A DNA stretch of 64,000 nt from an uncultured Acidimicrobiia bacterium (GCA_963836205.1 CAWIIV010000014.1:213342-277341), one strand, 5' to 3'. Shown: positions 43,427-54,736, counted from the first letter of the stretch. Translations and numbers: made by a program. Notes: generated by a model from the letters alone, not told the origin.

Positions 43427-44373
43427 GCGCGGGACCAGTCTCCCAGCAGGGCGGGAAGGAGATCGACGGGATTTCGGGCCGCGCCCAGCCACGTGATCCG
43501 AGGGTCGCGGCGGAACCACGACCGTTGCCGGCGGGCGAACTGCCGGGTGCGGGCGACCGCTTCGTCGACCGCGGCGGCGAGGGTGGCGTCCCCGGCCAGG
43601 TGGCCGAGGAGCTCGCGGTACCCAAGGGCCTGGCCCGCGGTGCGGGAGAGTCCATCCGGGAGTGCCCGCACCTCGTCGAGGAACCCGGCCGCCACCTGCT
43701 CGTCGTAGCGGGCCTGGATGCGCTCGTTGACCACCGCCCGGGGCAGCCACACCCCCGCCAGGCGGAAGCGGGTGGCGGCCGGGTAGGCGTCGATCCCGGG
43801 TCCGAACGAGGAGAAGGGCCGGCCGCTGCCCAGGGTCACTTCCAGGGCCCGGACGATGCGGCGGGCGTTCCCGGGCTCGATGCGGGCCGCGGCTGCGGGG
43901 TCGGCGTCGGCCAGCCGCCGGTGCATCGCCCCCACCGCCGCCAGATCACGCTCTGCTTCCGCCTCCAGCTCGGCCCGCACCGCCGGCCACTGCCCTGGCA
44001 GGCGCAGCCCGTCGACCACCGCCTGGAGGTACAACCCGGTGCCCCCGACCAGCAGGGCCCGGTGGCCCCGGGCCTCGATGTCCGCGATGACCACGTCCGC
44101 CTCCGCCTGGAACCGGGCCACCGAGAAGTCCTCCGTCGGGTCGGCCAGATCGAGGAGATGGTGGGGAATCTCGGCCTGCTCGGCGGCGGTGGGCTTGGCC
44201 GTGCCGATGTCCATCCCCCGGTAGACCTGCATGGAGTCCACCGACACCAGCTCGACGTCGCGAAGCCGGCGGGCGACATCCAGGGCGAGGGCCGACTTGC
44301 CCGACGCCGTAGGCCCGACCAGCGCCAGGTGACGAAGGGTTGCCGTTCTACGGCCCGGATCGGCCCCGGTCAC
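43423..44373 (-). CDS. miaA: tRNA dimethylallyltransferase
   Basis: GPTASGKS, DSMQVYRGMDIGTAKP, VGGTGLY, RIVRALEV, FARRQRSWF. Confidence 0.96.
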   Translation of the reverse strand: MTGADPGRRTATLRHLALVGPTASGKSALALDVARRLRDVELVSVDSMQVYRGMDIGTAKPTAAEQAEIPHHLLDLADPTEDFSVARFQAEADVVIADIEARGHRALLVGGTGLYLQAVVDGLRLPGQWPAVRAELEAEAERDLAAVGAMHRRLADADPAAAARIEPGNARRIVRALEVTLGSGRPFSSFGPGIDAYPAATRFRLAGVWLPRAVVNERIQARYDEQVAAGFLDEVRALPDGLSRTAGQALGYRELLGHLAGDATLAAAVDEAVARTRQFARRQRSWFRRDPRITWLGAARNPVDLLPALLGDWSRA

Positions 44374-44411
44374 GTCCCCACCGGTGCCGCGAACGTGGTT
44401 CTGTGCGTCCG

Positions 44412-44547
44412 GAGCGGGGTGATCCGGGACGGATCGTTCCCGATCACACCGCTACGAGTGCGTGAAACCCAGGCGGTGTCGACGGATCCGCCCTCGCCGG
44501 ATTGCTGGGCCCGTCGGGACGTGATCCGTCCCGGATCGGCCCCGTTC
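44412..44547. repeat. ~33-bp imperfect inverted repeat enclosing ~70 bp (MITE-like or structured RNA)
   Basis: gagcggggtgatccgggacggatcgttcccga pairs with tcgggacgtgatccgtcccggatcggccccgttc; internal acaccgc/gcggtgt hairpin. Confidence 0.65.
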
Positions 44548-44560
44548 ACTCCGGCGTGCG

Positions 44561-45961
<1,401 letters not shown>

Positions 45962-46051
45962 GGACCCAGGCTAGAGCCCGGCGGGGACGAGCCGGTCGAG
46001 CGTGAGGAAAAGTCCGTCGCTCGACGGCGACCGGCCCGCCGCGCCGGGGCG

Positions 46052-46921
46052 GTGGCGCTGGCCGCGTTGGCCGTGGCCGGGCTGGCCGGCTGTTCCGGCG
46101 GCGGCGACGACCCCGCACCGGCGGCCGCGCCGGTGACCACCACCGCCCCCGCCACCCCGGCCACCGCGCCCGCCCCCGCCCCGACGACAACGACCCTTGC
46201 CCCCGCCTTCCGGGTGGCGGCCGACCTGATCGCGTCCGAGACCGCCATCCACGACCCGTCCACGCCGGACGCCGAAATGGACCGTTGGGGCCAGGTGCAG
46301 CAGGCCGCCGTCCGAGAGCTCGTCTTCCATCCCGAGCTGGAGGCCGAGGCCCTCGCCCTGCTTCCCGACCGAATCCGTGACGCCACCGAAGCCCACCTGG
46401 CCGCGGCGACCGACCTCACCGCCCTGGCCGGCCCCGTCGACCCCGACCGGCCCCTCCCCCACTGGCGCATCGTCACGCCCGAGCCGGCGCCGGTGCTCCT
46501 CGACCACTACCGGCAGGCGGAGGCCGCCCTCGGCGTGCCGTGGGAGTACCTGGCCGCCATCCACTTGGTGGAGACCCGCATGGGCCGGATCCGGGGCGAC
46601 AGCTCGGCCGGCGCCCAGGGCCCGATGCAGTTCATCCCCTCCACGTGGGAGATCTACGGCGAGGGCGGCGACATCGAGTCCACCGCCGACTCCATCCTCG
46701 CCGCCGCCCGCCTGCTCCGGGCCAACGGCGCCCTCCCAAGCGAGGGGGATGCAGGCATGGCCGGCGCCCTCTTCTCCTACAACAACTCCAGCCGCTACGT
46801 GCGGGCGGTCACCGTCTACGCCCAGCAGATGGAGGCCGACGAGCGGACCTACCTCGGCTACCACGGCTGGCAGGTGTACTACGGGGAGCGCCTCCTGCCC
46901 GAGGGCACCGTCATCCCGTAG
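46052..46921 (+). CDS. lytic transglycosylase (SLT)-domain lipoprotein (start uncertain)
   Basis: Lipobox LAGC; LAAIHLVETRMG, SSAGAQGPMQFIPSTW, AAARLL, ALFSYN. Confidence 0.85.
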   Translation: MALAALAVAGLAGCSGGGDDPAPAAAPVTTTAPATPATAPAPAPTTTTLAPAFRVAADLIASETAIHDPSTPDAEMDRWGQVQQAAVRELVFHPELEAEALALLPDRIRDATEAHLAAATDLTALAGPVDPDRPLPHWRIVTPEPAPVLLDHYRQAEAALGVPWEYLAAIHLVETRMGRIRGDSSAGAQGPMQFIPSTWEIYGEGGDIESTADSILAAARLLRANGALPSEGDAGMAGALFSYNNSSRYVRAVTVYAQQMEADERTYLGYHGWQVYYGERLLPEGTVIP

Positions 46922-46983
46922 CCGCCTCAGAAGCCCCGGCCCGCAGGCGACCCCCGGCCGAGGCCAGTCGGTTCGGCGGGGGG

Positions 46984-47180
46984 CCTGGTGGCCGCCGGCC
47001 GAGGCCCTTTCGGGTTCGCGGGCGCGGTGCCTGGTGGCCGCCGGCCGAGGCCCTTTCGGGTTCGCGGGCGCGGTGCCCTGGTGGCCGCCGGCCGAGGCCC
47101 TTTCGGGTTCGCGGGCGCGGTGCCTGGTGGCCGCCGGCCGAGGCCCGTCGGGTCCGCGGGCGGGGTGCCTGGCGGCCGGC
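46984..47180. repeat. 46-bp tandem repeat, ~4.3 copies
   Basis: cctggtggccgccggccgaggccctttcgggttcgcgggcgcggtg at 46984, 47030 and 47077, degenerate at 47123, partial at 47168. Confidence 0.92.
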
Positions 47181-47258
47181 GGCGGCCACCTCGAGTTGGC
47201 GGACAGGACGCCCGTTTGGCCAGCGGCCGCGGCCGGAACGGTTGGCGGGCACGGCGAC

Positions 47259-48500
47259 CTAGCCGGCGGCCGGGGCCAGCTCGGGTTGGGCTGCGTCGGG
47301 GTCAGGGGGTGGGCCGTGCGGGCCCTCCCAGAGCCATCGCTTGCCCTGCCGGGAGATGCGCCATCGGTGGTGGGTCTTGAGGTAGTGGTGGAACCGGCAC
47401 AGCCGGCAGAGGTTGGCCAACTCGGTGCGGCCGCCGGAGGCAATGGGCCGGATGTGGTCGATCTCCAGGTCGGAGTCGGCGGAACAGCCCGGCACCACGC
47501 AGGCCCGGTCACGCTCGACCAGCGCGGTCCGAACCCGGGCGGGGATGACCCGGCCCAGATGGGCGACCTTGAGCACCTCGCCGTCGTCGACCTCCAAGGC
47601 GGCCACCAGGGCATCGGCCAGCAGGCTCCCGACCCAGCCGACGGTGACGGGGCCGACGCCCGGCACCTCGCACACCTCGCCTCGCTCGGTGTGACCCCGC
47701 ACCAGGGCGGCGTGATCGACCCGCACGTGGATCAAAGCGGAGGGCATCGGCCGCAAGGGGTCGGCCGGCTGGGCGGCGGCCGCGTGACGGGCCATCTCGA
47801 CGAGGGCGTCGGCGGCCACCGCGGCGTCGGAGTCCCGCCGGCGCTTGCCCGTCCCATCCCGGTCGCCTTCGGCCGCCCGCCGTGCGATCGCCTGGCGGTG
47901 GGGCTCCAAGCCGGCAACCAGGATGGCGCCCGCTTCGGGAGTGAGGCTCCCCGAGAAGCGAAACGAACCCTCGACGTCGACCCAGTGGCGGAAGTGGCGC
48001 CGCCGATGGGCCCGGCGGTGGCGCTCGTCGTCGTCGGTGGCCGCCGCCCGCACCCGCGCCGCCGCCCGTTGCAACTCGACGTAGGACTCGACTTCGGCCA
48101 GTTCCAGCAACTCCGCCTCCGACGAGCGGTCGGCCACGGCGGCGGTGGCCACTTCGACCGCCTGCCGCTCGGTGAGGGAACCCGAGCGGAACTTCTCCTC
48201 CGTGGCCGGCAGATCGCGCATGGCCTCGGCCGCCTCCAGGAGGTCGACCGCGTGACGCACCGAAGTTCCGGTGGCGTCGGCGATGAGATGAGAAGGGGAG
48301 CGATGCCCGCTGGAGAACCAGGCCTGGGACGCCGCCACCCGCCGGGCACACAAGGCCTTCCCCGCCGCCCCCAGCCGCTCGATGCGATGGAAGGTGGCGA
48401 ACAGCTCCAAGGACTCGGCCCCGCCGAGGCCTTCGGGGTCGAGGGCCTTGAGCACCGCCTCTAGTCCCGTGAGCAGTTCGCAGACCTGATTACCGATCAT
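47259..48500 (-). CDS. DUF222 (13E12-like) HNH endonuclease
   Basis: C-terminal RDRACVVPGC...EIDHI...GGRTELANLCRLCRFHHYLKT; AADALVEM motif in the DUF222-like region. Confidence 0.88.
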   Translation of the reverse strand: MIGNQVCELLTGLEAVLKALDPEGLGGAESLELFATFHRIERLGAAGKALCARRVAASQAWFSSGHRSPSHLIADATGTSVRHAVDLLEAAEAMRDLPATEEKFRSGSLTERQAVEVATAAVADRSSEAELLELAEVESYVELQRAAARVRAAATDDDERHRRAHRRRHFRHWVDVEGSFRFSGSLTPEAGAILVAGLEPHRQAIARRAAEGDRDGTGKRRRDSDAAVAADALVEMARHAAAAQPADPLRPMPSALIHVRVDHAALVRGHTERGEVCEVPGVGPVTVGWVGSLLADALVAALEVDDGEVLKVAHLGRVIPARVRTALVERDRACVVPGCSADSDLEIDHIRPIASGGRTELANLCRLCRFHHYLKTHHRWRISRQGKRWLWEGPHGPPPDPDAAQPELAPAAG

Positions 48501-48529
48501 ATGTTCGATACTACCATGCCCCTGAGACA
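48494..48529 (-). promoter_or_regulatory. RecA-NDp/PafBC-type promoter plus overlapping LexA box
   Basis: Minus strand TGTCTC-N10-TAGTAT, then TCGAACATATGATCG covering the ATG located 7 nt after the -10 element. Confidence 0.65.
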
Positions 48530-48606
48530 GTATCGATGCATTACAATGGTTCTGAAGCTTACAGGGTCCACGATTTTGACGGTTGGCCCCCGTACGGTCG
48601 GGCGCG

Positions 48607-49465
48607 GTGACTAATCGAGACCCCTGGGCCGGAATCCTCTCGGGACCCGTCGATGGACCCGCCCGGCTGCGGGCCACCTATCCCGAGGTCCCCGCCACCT
48701 CCGGCCTCGCCGTCCGCCACCGGGCCAGTGGCTTCACCGGGGTGCTGGTGCGGTCCGAGGGGGACGGGGTGGTCGTCCGGGGCGGCACCGGGCTGGAACG
48801 GGTCTTCCGCCCCACGCCCGGTGCCTTCGACGTGGAGGGCCGGGCCGTCAGCCTCGTCCGCCCACGGCCGGCCCCGCGGCCACCGCCACCGGCGCCTCGG
48901 CCGCGGCCGCGGCGGCCGTCACCCCGTCGGGGTCGATCGCGGTGGCGGGGCAGCCGGCCAAGGTGGCCCGGGCCAGCCGCATCCTGGTGGAGGGCGTCCA
49001 CGACGCCGAGCTGGTGGAACGGGTGTGGGGCGACGACCTGCGGGTCGAGGGCGTCGTCGTCGAGCGGCTCGACGGCCTCGACCACCTGGCCGCGGTGGTC
49101 GACGCGTTCGGCCCCGGCCCGGCAACCGCCTGGGCGTGCTCGTCGACCACCTCGTCCCCGGCAGCAAGGAGGCCCGGCTGGCGGCCACCGTCCGCCACCC
49201 CCACGTCCTCGTCACCGGGACGCCCTTCGTCGACGTGTGGGAGGCGGTGAAGCCGGCCGCGGTCGGCATCCTCACCTGGCCCGACATCCCCCGGGGGACG
49301 GACTGGAAGACCGGCGTGTGCGAGTGGTTGGGCGTCGGCGACCCGGCCGCCATGTGGCGCCACATCCTCGCCTCCGTCCGCTCCTACGCCGACCTCGAAC
49401 CGGCCCTCGTCGGCGCCGTCGAGCGCCTCATCGACTTCGTCACCGACCCCGACGAGACAACCTGA
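48607..49465 (+). CDS. DUF3097 family protein (two frameshifts, ~48900 and ~49121)
   Basis: ARASRILVEGVHDAELVERVWGDDLRVEG, RLGVLVDHLVPGSKE and PFVDVWEAVKP spread over three frames. Confidence 0.82.
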
Positions 49466-49468
49466 CGC

Positions 49469-51181
49469 TCAGCGCACCTCGTCGCGCTCGCGGCGCACCA
49501 TCGTCCGCTTCCCCTTGATGCTGGCGTTGCGCATGATGTCGATGACCTCGTCGGCGGACGCCTCCGGCACCTCCACCAGCGAGAAGCGGTCGGCGATCTC
49601 GATGGCCCCGATGTCGCGCCCGCTCAGGTTGGTCTCGCCGGCGATGGCGCCCACCAGGTCCTGGGGCCGGATGCCCGACGCCCGCCCGGCGCTGATGAAC
49701 AGGCGGGTCATCCCCGCAGCCGGCGCCCGGCCCCGGCGGTCGCCCCGGCGCGGCCCACCGCCGTCACGGCCGTCACGCCCAGCCCCACCACCCCCTCCGG
49801 AGTCACGCCCCGGGCGGGGGGCCGCGTCGGGGATCTCCTCTTCCATGGCCGCCGCCCCGCTCGCCTCGTGGGCCAGCTTCACCGCCGCCAGCGCCACCTC
49901 CATCACGTCGAACTCGTCGCACAGCGACTCCACCACCACCCGGAAGTGCTCGAGGTCGTCCTCCCGGATCGACTCCTCCAGCGCGGCCCGGGTCAGCTCC
50001 AGCCGGCGGGCTCGCAGGTCGGCGATGGTGGGCAGCTTCTCCACCGCGATCCGTTGCCTGGTGACGCGCTCGATGGTCTTGAGCATCCCGTGCTCCCGGG
50101 GCTCGGCCAGGGTGATGGCCACCCCCTCCCGCCCGGCCCGGCCCACCCGGCCGATGCGGTGGACGTAGGAGTCGGGGGCGGACGGCACGTCGTAGTTGAT
50201 GACGTGGGTGAGGTGGTCGATGTCGAGGCCCCGGGCGGCGACGTCGGTGGCGATGAGCAGGTCGGCGGTGCCACTCCGGAGGCGCCCCATCACCCGGTCC
50301 CGCTGCTCCTGGGTCAAGCCCCCGTGGAGGCCCTCGGCCCGGTAGCCCCGGCCGTTGAGGTGCTCGGTGAGCTGGTCGACCTCGTCCCGGGTCCGGCAGA
50401 AGACGAGGGCCGCGGCCGGCGCCTCCACGTCGAGCACCCGCCCGAGGGCGGCCGGCTTGTGGGCCCGGGGCACCACGTAGGCGGTCTGGCGCACGAGGGG
50501 CGTCTCGCCCGGCTCGGTGCTCGACCGTCCCATCTGGATGCGGACGGGGTCCTTGAGGTGGCGGCGGGCCATCCCGTCGATCCGGGGCGGCAGGGTGGCC
50601 GAGAAGAGCATCGTCTGCCGGCTGGTGGGGGTGTCGGCCAGGATCGTCTCGATGTCCTCGGCGAAGCCCATGTCGAGCATCTCGTCGGCCTCGTCGAGGA
50701 TCACTATCTCGAGGTCCTGGAGGTGGAGCGTCCGCCGACCGATGTGGTCGAGGGCCCGGCCGGGCGTGGCCACCACCACGTCGACCCCCCGTTCGAGCGT
50801 CCGCAGCTGGCTGACGATGGGCTGGCCCCCGTAGATCGGCACCACCCGCACGCCCAACTCCCGGCCGTAGCGGTGGATCGCCCCCGACACTTGGATGGCC
50901 AGCTCCCGGGTGGGCACCAGCACCAGCGCCATCGGGTGCTTGCCCCGGCCCTCGCGGGCCGCCATCCGCTGGAGGACGGGGAGGGCGAAGGCGGCCGTCT
51001 TGCCCGTGCCGGTGGCCGCCTGCCCAAGCAGGTCGCGGCCCTCGAGCAGGGGCGGGATGGCCTCCCGCTGGATGGGGGTCGCCTCCTCGTAGCCCAGCTC
51101 GCTGAGCGCCTTGAGCAGCTCGGGACGGAGACCGAGATCGGCGAAGGGGGCGTCGTCTGGTGCGGGTGCGGTGCTGGTCAC
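49469..51181 (-). CDS. deaD: DEAD-box RNA helicase (DeaD/CsdA-like, DbpA-type C-terminal domain)
   Basis: Q motif, ATGTGKT, PTRELA, DEAD, SAT, ARGLD, HRIGRVGRAG; C-terminal IRPQDLVGAI. Confidence 0.88.
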   Translation of the reverse strand: MTSTAPAPDDAPFADLGLRPELLKALSELGYEEATPIQREAIPPLLEGRDLLGQAATGTGKTAAFALPVLQRMAAREGRGKHPMALVLVPTRELAIQVSGAIHRYGRELGVRVVPIYGGQPIVSQLRTLERGVDVVVATPGRALDHIGRRTLHLQDLEIVILDEADEMLDMGFAEDIETILADTPTSRQTMLFSATLPPRIDGMARRHLKDPVRIQMGRSSTEPGETPLVRQTAYVVPRAHKPAALGRVLDVEAPAAALVFCRTRDEVDQLTEHLNGRGYRAEGLHGGLTQEQRDRVMGRLRSGTADLLIATDVAARGLDIDHLTHVINYDVPSAPDSYVHRIGRVGRAGREGVAITLAEPREHGMLKTIERVTRQRIAVEKLPTIADLRARRLELTRAALEESIREDDLEHFRVVVESLCDEFDVMEVALAAVKLAHEASGAAAMEEEIPDAAPRPGRDSGGGGGAGRDGRDGGGPRRGDRRGRAPAAGMTRLFISAGRASGIRPQDLVGAIAGETNLSGRDIGAIEIADRFSLVEVPEASADEVIDIMRNASIKGKRTMVRRERDEVR

Positions 51182-51256
51182 GTCGGGCTCCTGTTCAGCG
51201 AGGCGCGCGCAGGAACTCCATGACGACGGCCTGGGCAGTCCTCGCCCGCTGCAACC

Positions 51257-51841
51257 CTACGTGAGCCCGATACCCAGCTCCGCCCGGAGGGCGGCGAAGG
51301 CCCGGGCCCGATGGGAAACCGCGGCCTTCTCCTCGATCGTCATCTCGGCGAAGGTCCGTCCGTCGCCGTCGTCGGGGACGAAGACGGGGTCGTAGCCGAA
51401 CCCACGCCCGCCCCGGGGTTCGACGGCGATGTGGCCCTCGACCGCGCCGTCGGCCACCACCTCCCGACCGTCGGGCCACGCCACCAGGGCCACGGTGCGG
51501 AACCGGGCCCGCCGCTCGGCCACGCCGACGCCGTCCAGCTCCTCCAGCAGCAGGGCCACGTTGTCGGCGTAGGTGGCGCCCTCCCCCGCGTACCGGGCCG
51601 CCAGCACGCCCGGACGTCCGCCGAGGGCGTCGACCTCCAGGCCGGTGTCGTCGGCCACCGCCGGCTCGCCCGCCACCGCCGCCACCGCCCGCGCCTTCAG
51701 CCGGGCGTTGCCCTCGAGGGTGTCCTCCGTCTCGTCCACGTCGCCCACCGCCTCGGGGCGGGGCACCAGCTCGACCCCGGGCAGCAGGCCCGCGATCTCG
51801 CGGGCCTTGTGGGGGTTGGCGGTGGCGAGGACCAGCCGCAC
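51257..51841 (-). CDS. rdgB: non-canonical purine NTP pyrophosphatase
   Basis: LATANPHKARE, NARLKA, ADDTGL, GFGYDPVF, SHRARA. Confidence 0.94.
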   Translation of the reverse strand: MRLVLATANPHKAREIAGLLPGVELVPRPEAVGDVDETEDTLEGNARLKARAVAAVAGEPAVADDTGLEVDALGGRPGVLAARYAGEGATYADNVALLLEELDGVGVAERRARFRTVALVAWPDGREVVADGAVEGHIAVEPRGGRGFGYDPVFVPDDGDGRTFAEMTIEEKAAVSHRARAFAALRAELGIGLT

Positions 51842-51852
51842 GGGCGCCGGCG

Positions 51853-52599
51853 CTAGTGCTTGGGACGGGGGGGCGGCGGCGTGAGGAGGACCTCGGCCTG
51901 GGCGTCGAGGATCTCGGCGATCCCGCTCTCGCCCAGCCCGAGGAGGTCGTCGAGCTCGGACCGGGAGAAGGCCAGCCCCTCGGCCGTGCCCTGCACCTCC
52001 ACGAACCGCCCGGCCGACGTCATCACCAGGTTCATGTCGACCTGGGCCCGCACGTCCTCCGAGTAGTCGAGGTCGAGGAGGGCGATGCCGTCGACGATCC
52101 CCACCGACACCGCCGCGCAGGCGGCAGTGAGGGGGTTGGCCCGGATGCGGCCGGCGATGACCAGGCGGGTGAAGGCGTCGTGGAGGGCCACGTAGGCGCC
52201 GCTGATCGAAGCGGTGCGGGTGCCTCCGTCGGCCTGGAGGACGTCGCAGTCGAGGACCACCTGGCGCTCGCCGAGGACGGCCATGTCGGTGACCGACCGC
52301 AGGGAGCGGCCGATGAGGCGCTGGATCTCCTGGGTCCGCCCCGACGGCTTGCCCCGGTTGACCTCGCGGTCGCTGCGGTCGGGCGTCGACCCGGGCAGCA
52401 TCGAGTACTCGGCCGTCACCCAGCCCGTGCCCTTGCCCCGCATCCACGGCGGCACCCGCTCGTCGACCGAGGCGGTGCACAGCACCCGGGTCTTGCCCAT
52501 CGAGACGAGGACGCTGCCGAGGGCGAACTCGGTGAAGTCCCGGTCGAACGAGAGCGGCCGCAGGTCCTCCGGTCCCCGCCCGTCAGCCCTGACGGTCAT
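51853..52599 (-). CDS. rph: ribonuclease PH
   Basis: [45 protein letters not shown]. Confidence 0.97.
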   Translation of the reverse strand: MTVRADGRGPEDLRPLSFDRDFTEFALGSVLVSMGKTRVLCTASVDERVPPWMRGKGTGWVTAEYSMLPGSTPDRSDREVNRGKPSGRTQEIQRLIGRSLRSVTDMAVLGERQVVLDCDVLQADGGTRTASISGAYVALHDAFTRLVIAGRIRANPLTAACAAVSVGIVDGIALLDLDYSEDVRAQVDMNLVMTSAGRFVEVQGTAEGLAFSRSELDDLLGLGESGIAEILDAQAEVLLTPPPPRPKH

Positions 52600-53345
52600 G
52601 AGGCCACCGCGTAGCAAGCGCCGGTGGACGCGACCTCGACCGGCGCACCGAAGGCGTCGGACCCGTCGGCCCGGGACTGCTCGGGGTCGAGCGAGGGCCA
52701 CAGGTGGGTGAGGACGAGCTGGCGCACCCCGGCCGCCCGGGCCGACGAACCGGCCTGGCGGGCACTCAGGTGCTGGAGCTTGCCCTCCTCGGCGAGGGGG
52801 ACGGTGGCCTCGCACAGGGCCAGGTCGAGCCCGGCGCCGAGGGCTTCGAGTGACCAGCCGGGTCCGGTGTCGGCCGAGTAGCCGAGAGACCCGGCGCCGT
52901 CGACCCGCACGGCCAGCGTCTCCGGGCCGTGATCAGTGCGGGAGAAGGTGAGCGTGAGCCCGCCTGCCTCGACCCGGTCGCCGTCGGTGACGTCGTGCCA
53001 GGCGACCCACGGCTCGCTCGGGTGGTAGGTGCGTTTCCGCAGGCCGGACGGGGCGTACACCGGGAAGTCCCGGCGCTTCACGTGGTGTTGGAGCGCGATC
53101 ACGAGTCCTTCCAGGTCCTGCCAGTGGTCGGGGTGCTCGTGGCTGAGGACGAGGGCGTCGACGTCGGCCAACGAGATGTGGGTCTGGAGGTTGGCCATCG
53201 TCCCCGACCCGGCGTCGAGCCACAGCCGGGTCGTCCCGTCGTCGACCAGGTACCCGCTGCACGCCCCGCCCGCGCCGGGGAACGAGCCGCAACAGCCGAG
53301 CACGGTGACGCGCAACGTGGCCTCGTCGATCGGGTCCGCTCCCAC
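52596..53345 (-). CDS. MBL-fold metallo-hydrolase (RNase Z/AtaC-like)
   Basis: [25 protein letters not shown]; conserved position upstream of rph. Confidence 0.9.
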   Translation of the reverse strand: MGADPIDEATLRVTVLGCCGSFPGAGGACSGYLVDDGTTRLWLDAGSGTMANLQTHISLADVDALVLSHEHPDHWQDLEGLVIALQHHVKRRDFPVYAPSGLRKRTYHPSEPWVAWHDVTDGDRVEAGGLTLTFSRTDHGPETLAVRVDGAGSLGYSADTGPGWSLEALGAGLDLALCEATVPLAEEGKLQHLSARQAGSSARAAGVRQLVLTHLWPSLDPEQSRADGSDAFGAPVEVASTGACYAVAS

Positions 53346-53422
53346 CTGACGAACCTTGCCACATCCGCCGGGCGGCGCCGACCCGAGCTACAGGTCGGCC
53401 GTCCGATGCCGATAGGGGCAGC

Positions 53423-53887
53423 ATGCGAAGACGTACGGCGATGCTGTTTCTGCTGGTCGGCTGTGGCTTGGGCGCCTGCGCCGAGCCCGACACTGTGACG
53501 ACGAGTGCCGTCGCCGCCCCACCCGTCGAGACGACGACGGCTCCGGCTGCCGGCCCCGCCGCCGCGCCCGCGCCCGAGCCGACGACCACCACCGAGGCCC
53601 CGCCGCCCACCCTCCCGCCGCCGACAACCCCGCCGGCCACGATCGCCCGGCTGGCGGCGGCCCCGCAGCCGGTGCCGACCGCGCCTCCTGCCCCGGCGCC
53701 CGTCGTCGAGGAACCGGTACCCGTTGCGGCCAGCGGCTGCCACCCGTCGTATCCCGGCGTCTGCATCCCCCCGGCACCGCCCGACCTCGACTGCGCCGAC
53801 GTCTCCTACCGGCGCTTCACGGTGGTGGGCACCGACCCCCACGGGTTCGACGCCGACTACGACGGGATCGGCTGCGAGAGCGGCTGA
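53423..53887 (+). CDS. lipoprotein with Pro/Thr linker and excalibur-like Ca-binding C-terminal domain
   Basis: Lipobox LGAC; CHPSYPGVCIPP...DLDC...DPHGFDADYDGIGCE. Confidence 0.78.
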   Translation: MRRRTAMLFLLVGCGLGACAEPDTVTTSAVAAPPVETTTAPAAGPAAAPAPEPTTTTEAPPPTLPPPTTPPATIARLAAAPQPVPTAPPAPAPVVEEPVPVAASGCHPSYPGVCIPPAPPDLDCADVSYRRFTVVGTDPHGFDADYDGIGCESG

Positions 53888-53978
53888 CCGGCCCAATCCA
53901 CGAGTGTTGTTAAGGCGGGTGACGGTCGCGGCTCCTCCTGCCGACGCCCCGACGGGGTGGTCGGAGAGAGGAGAACCG

Positions 53979-54209
53979 ATGAACGTGTCCTTCCGCCGCC
54001 TGATCGGCGCCGCCGCCCTGGCGGTCGCCGTGACGACCGGCATCGTGGGCGCCGGCGCCTCGTCCGCGTCGGCCGCCGTCCCGTCCGCGCCCGGCCCCTG
54101 CGTCGACCCGCTGGCCATGCCCGATTGGTGCCACGGCATCCCCCCGCACGGCCCGCTGCCCCCGGCCCTGCACTTCACGACCAGCCAGCTCAAGCCCGTC
54201 ATCTGGTAG
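53979..54209 (+). CDS. small secreted protein (76 aa, 2 Cys)
   Basis: RBS GAGGAG; Sec signal ending ASA; mature part ~44 aa. Confidence 0.7.
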   Translation: MNVSFRRLIGAAALAVAVTTGIVGAGASSASAAVPSAPGPCVDPLAMPDWCHGIPPHGPLPPALHFTTSQLKPVIW

Positions 54210-54251
54210 CGCACGCGGCGTGGCCGGTGCGGACGGCCCTGGCGCACGGTC

Positions 54252-54566
54252 CTAACCCTGGAAGGGCATGATCGGCGAGCAGCTGCGCACGGTGTACGGG
54301 CCGGTCGATCCCAGGCCGTCGTTGTAGCCCCCCGAGTACACGTCGACGGTGCAAAGCACGGGCCCGCCTCCGCCACCCCCGCCGGACCCCCCGGAGCCGG
54401 GATTGGTGGCGCAGAAGTCGTAGTCGTCGGGGTTGGGTGGGTTGACGACCGGGGTGCCGTCGGCGGTGTAGCAGACAGTTCCTCCGGGCGAGAGTGCGCT
54501 GGCGGGCCCGGCAACGACGAAGAGTGAAGCGATTGAAAGAGCGGCGGCGGCGATGATCTTTCGCAT
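54252..54566 (-). CDS. small secreted protein (104 aa, 4 Cys, Gly linker)
   Basis: RBS AGGAGG; signal peptide MRKIIAAAAL...GPASA. Confidence 0.75.
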   Translation of the reverse strand: MRKIIAAAALSIASLFVVAGPASALSPGGTVCYTADGTPVVNPPNPDDYDFCATNPGSGGSGGGGGGGPVLCTVDVYSGGYNDGLGSTGPYTVRSCSPIMPFQG

Positions 54567-54703
54567 GATCCTGAGTCCTCCTGGTTCGACTTCGGTCGGT
54601 CGATCCGACAGTCGTCAGCATCAGGGAGGCGCCTTGCCATGCCACTGCCGCCGCCTTGCCGTGCGGCCGGACATCCGCCCTTCCTCGGCTACCCGGTGGC
54701 GAA

Positions 54704-54736
54704 CCGATGCCCGCCCTCGACGAGGGCGGGCATCGG
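54704..54736 (-). terminator. perfect GC hairpin, probable terminator of the M23-like gene
   Basis: CCGATGCCCGCCCTCG-A-CGAGGGCGGGCATCGG. Confidence 0.7.

Noticed and set aside
46984-47180. CRISPR array
   Set aside because: Units are contiguous and near-identical, with no unique spacers and no cas genes.
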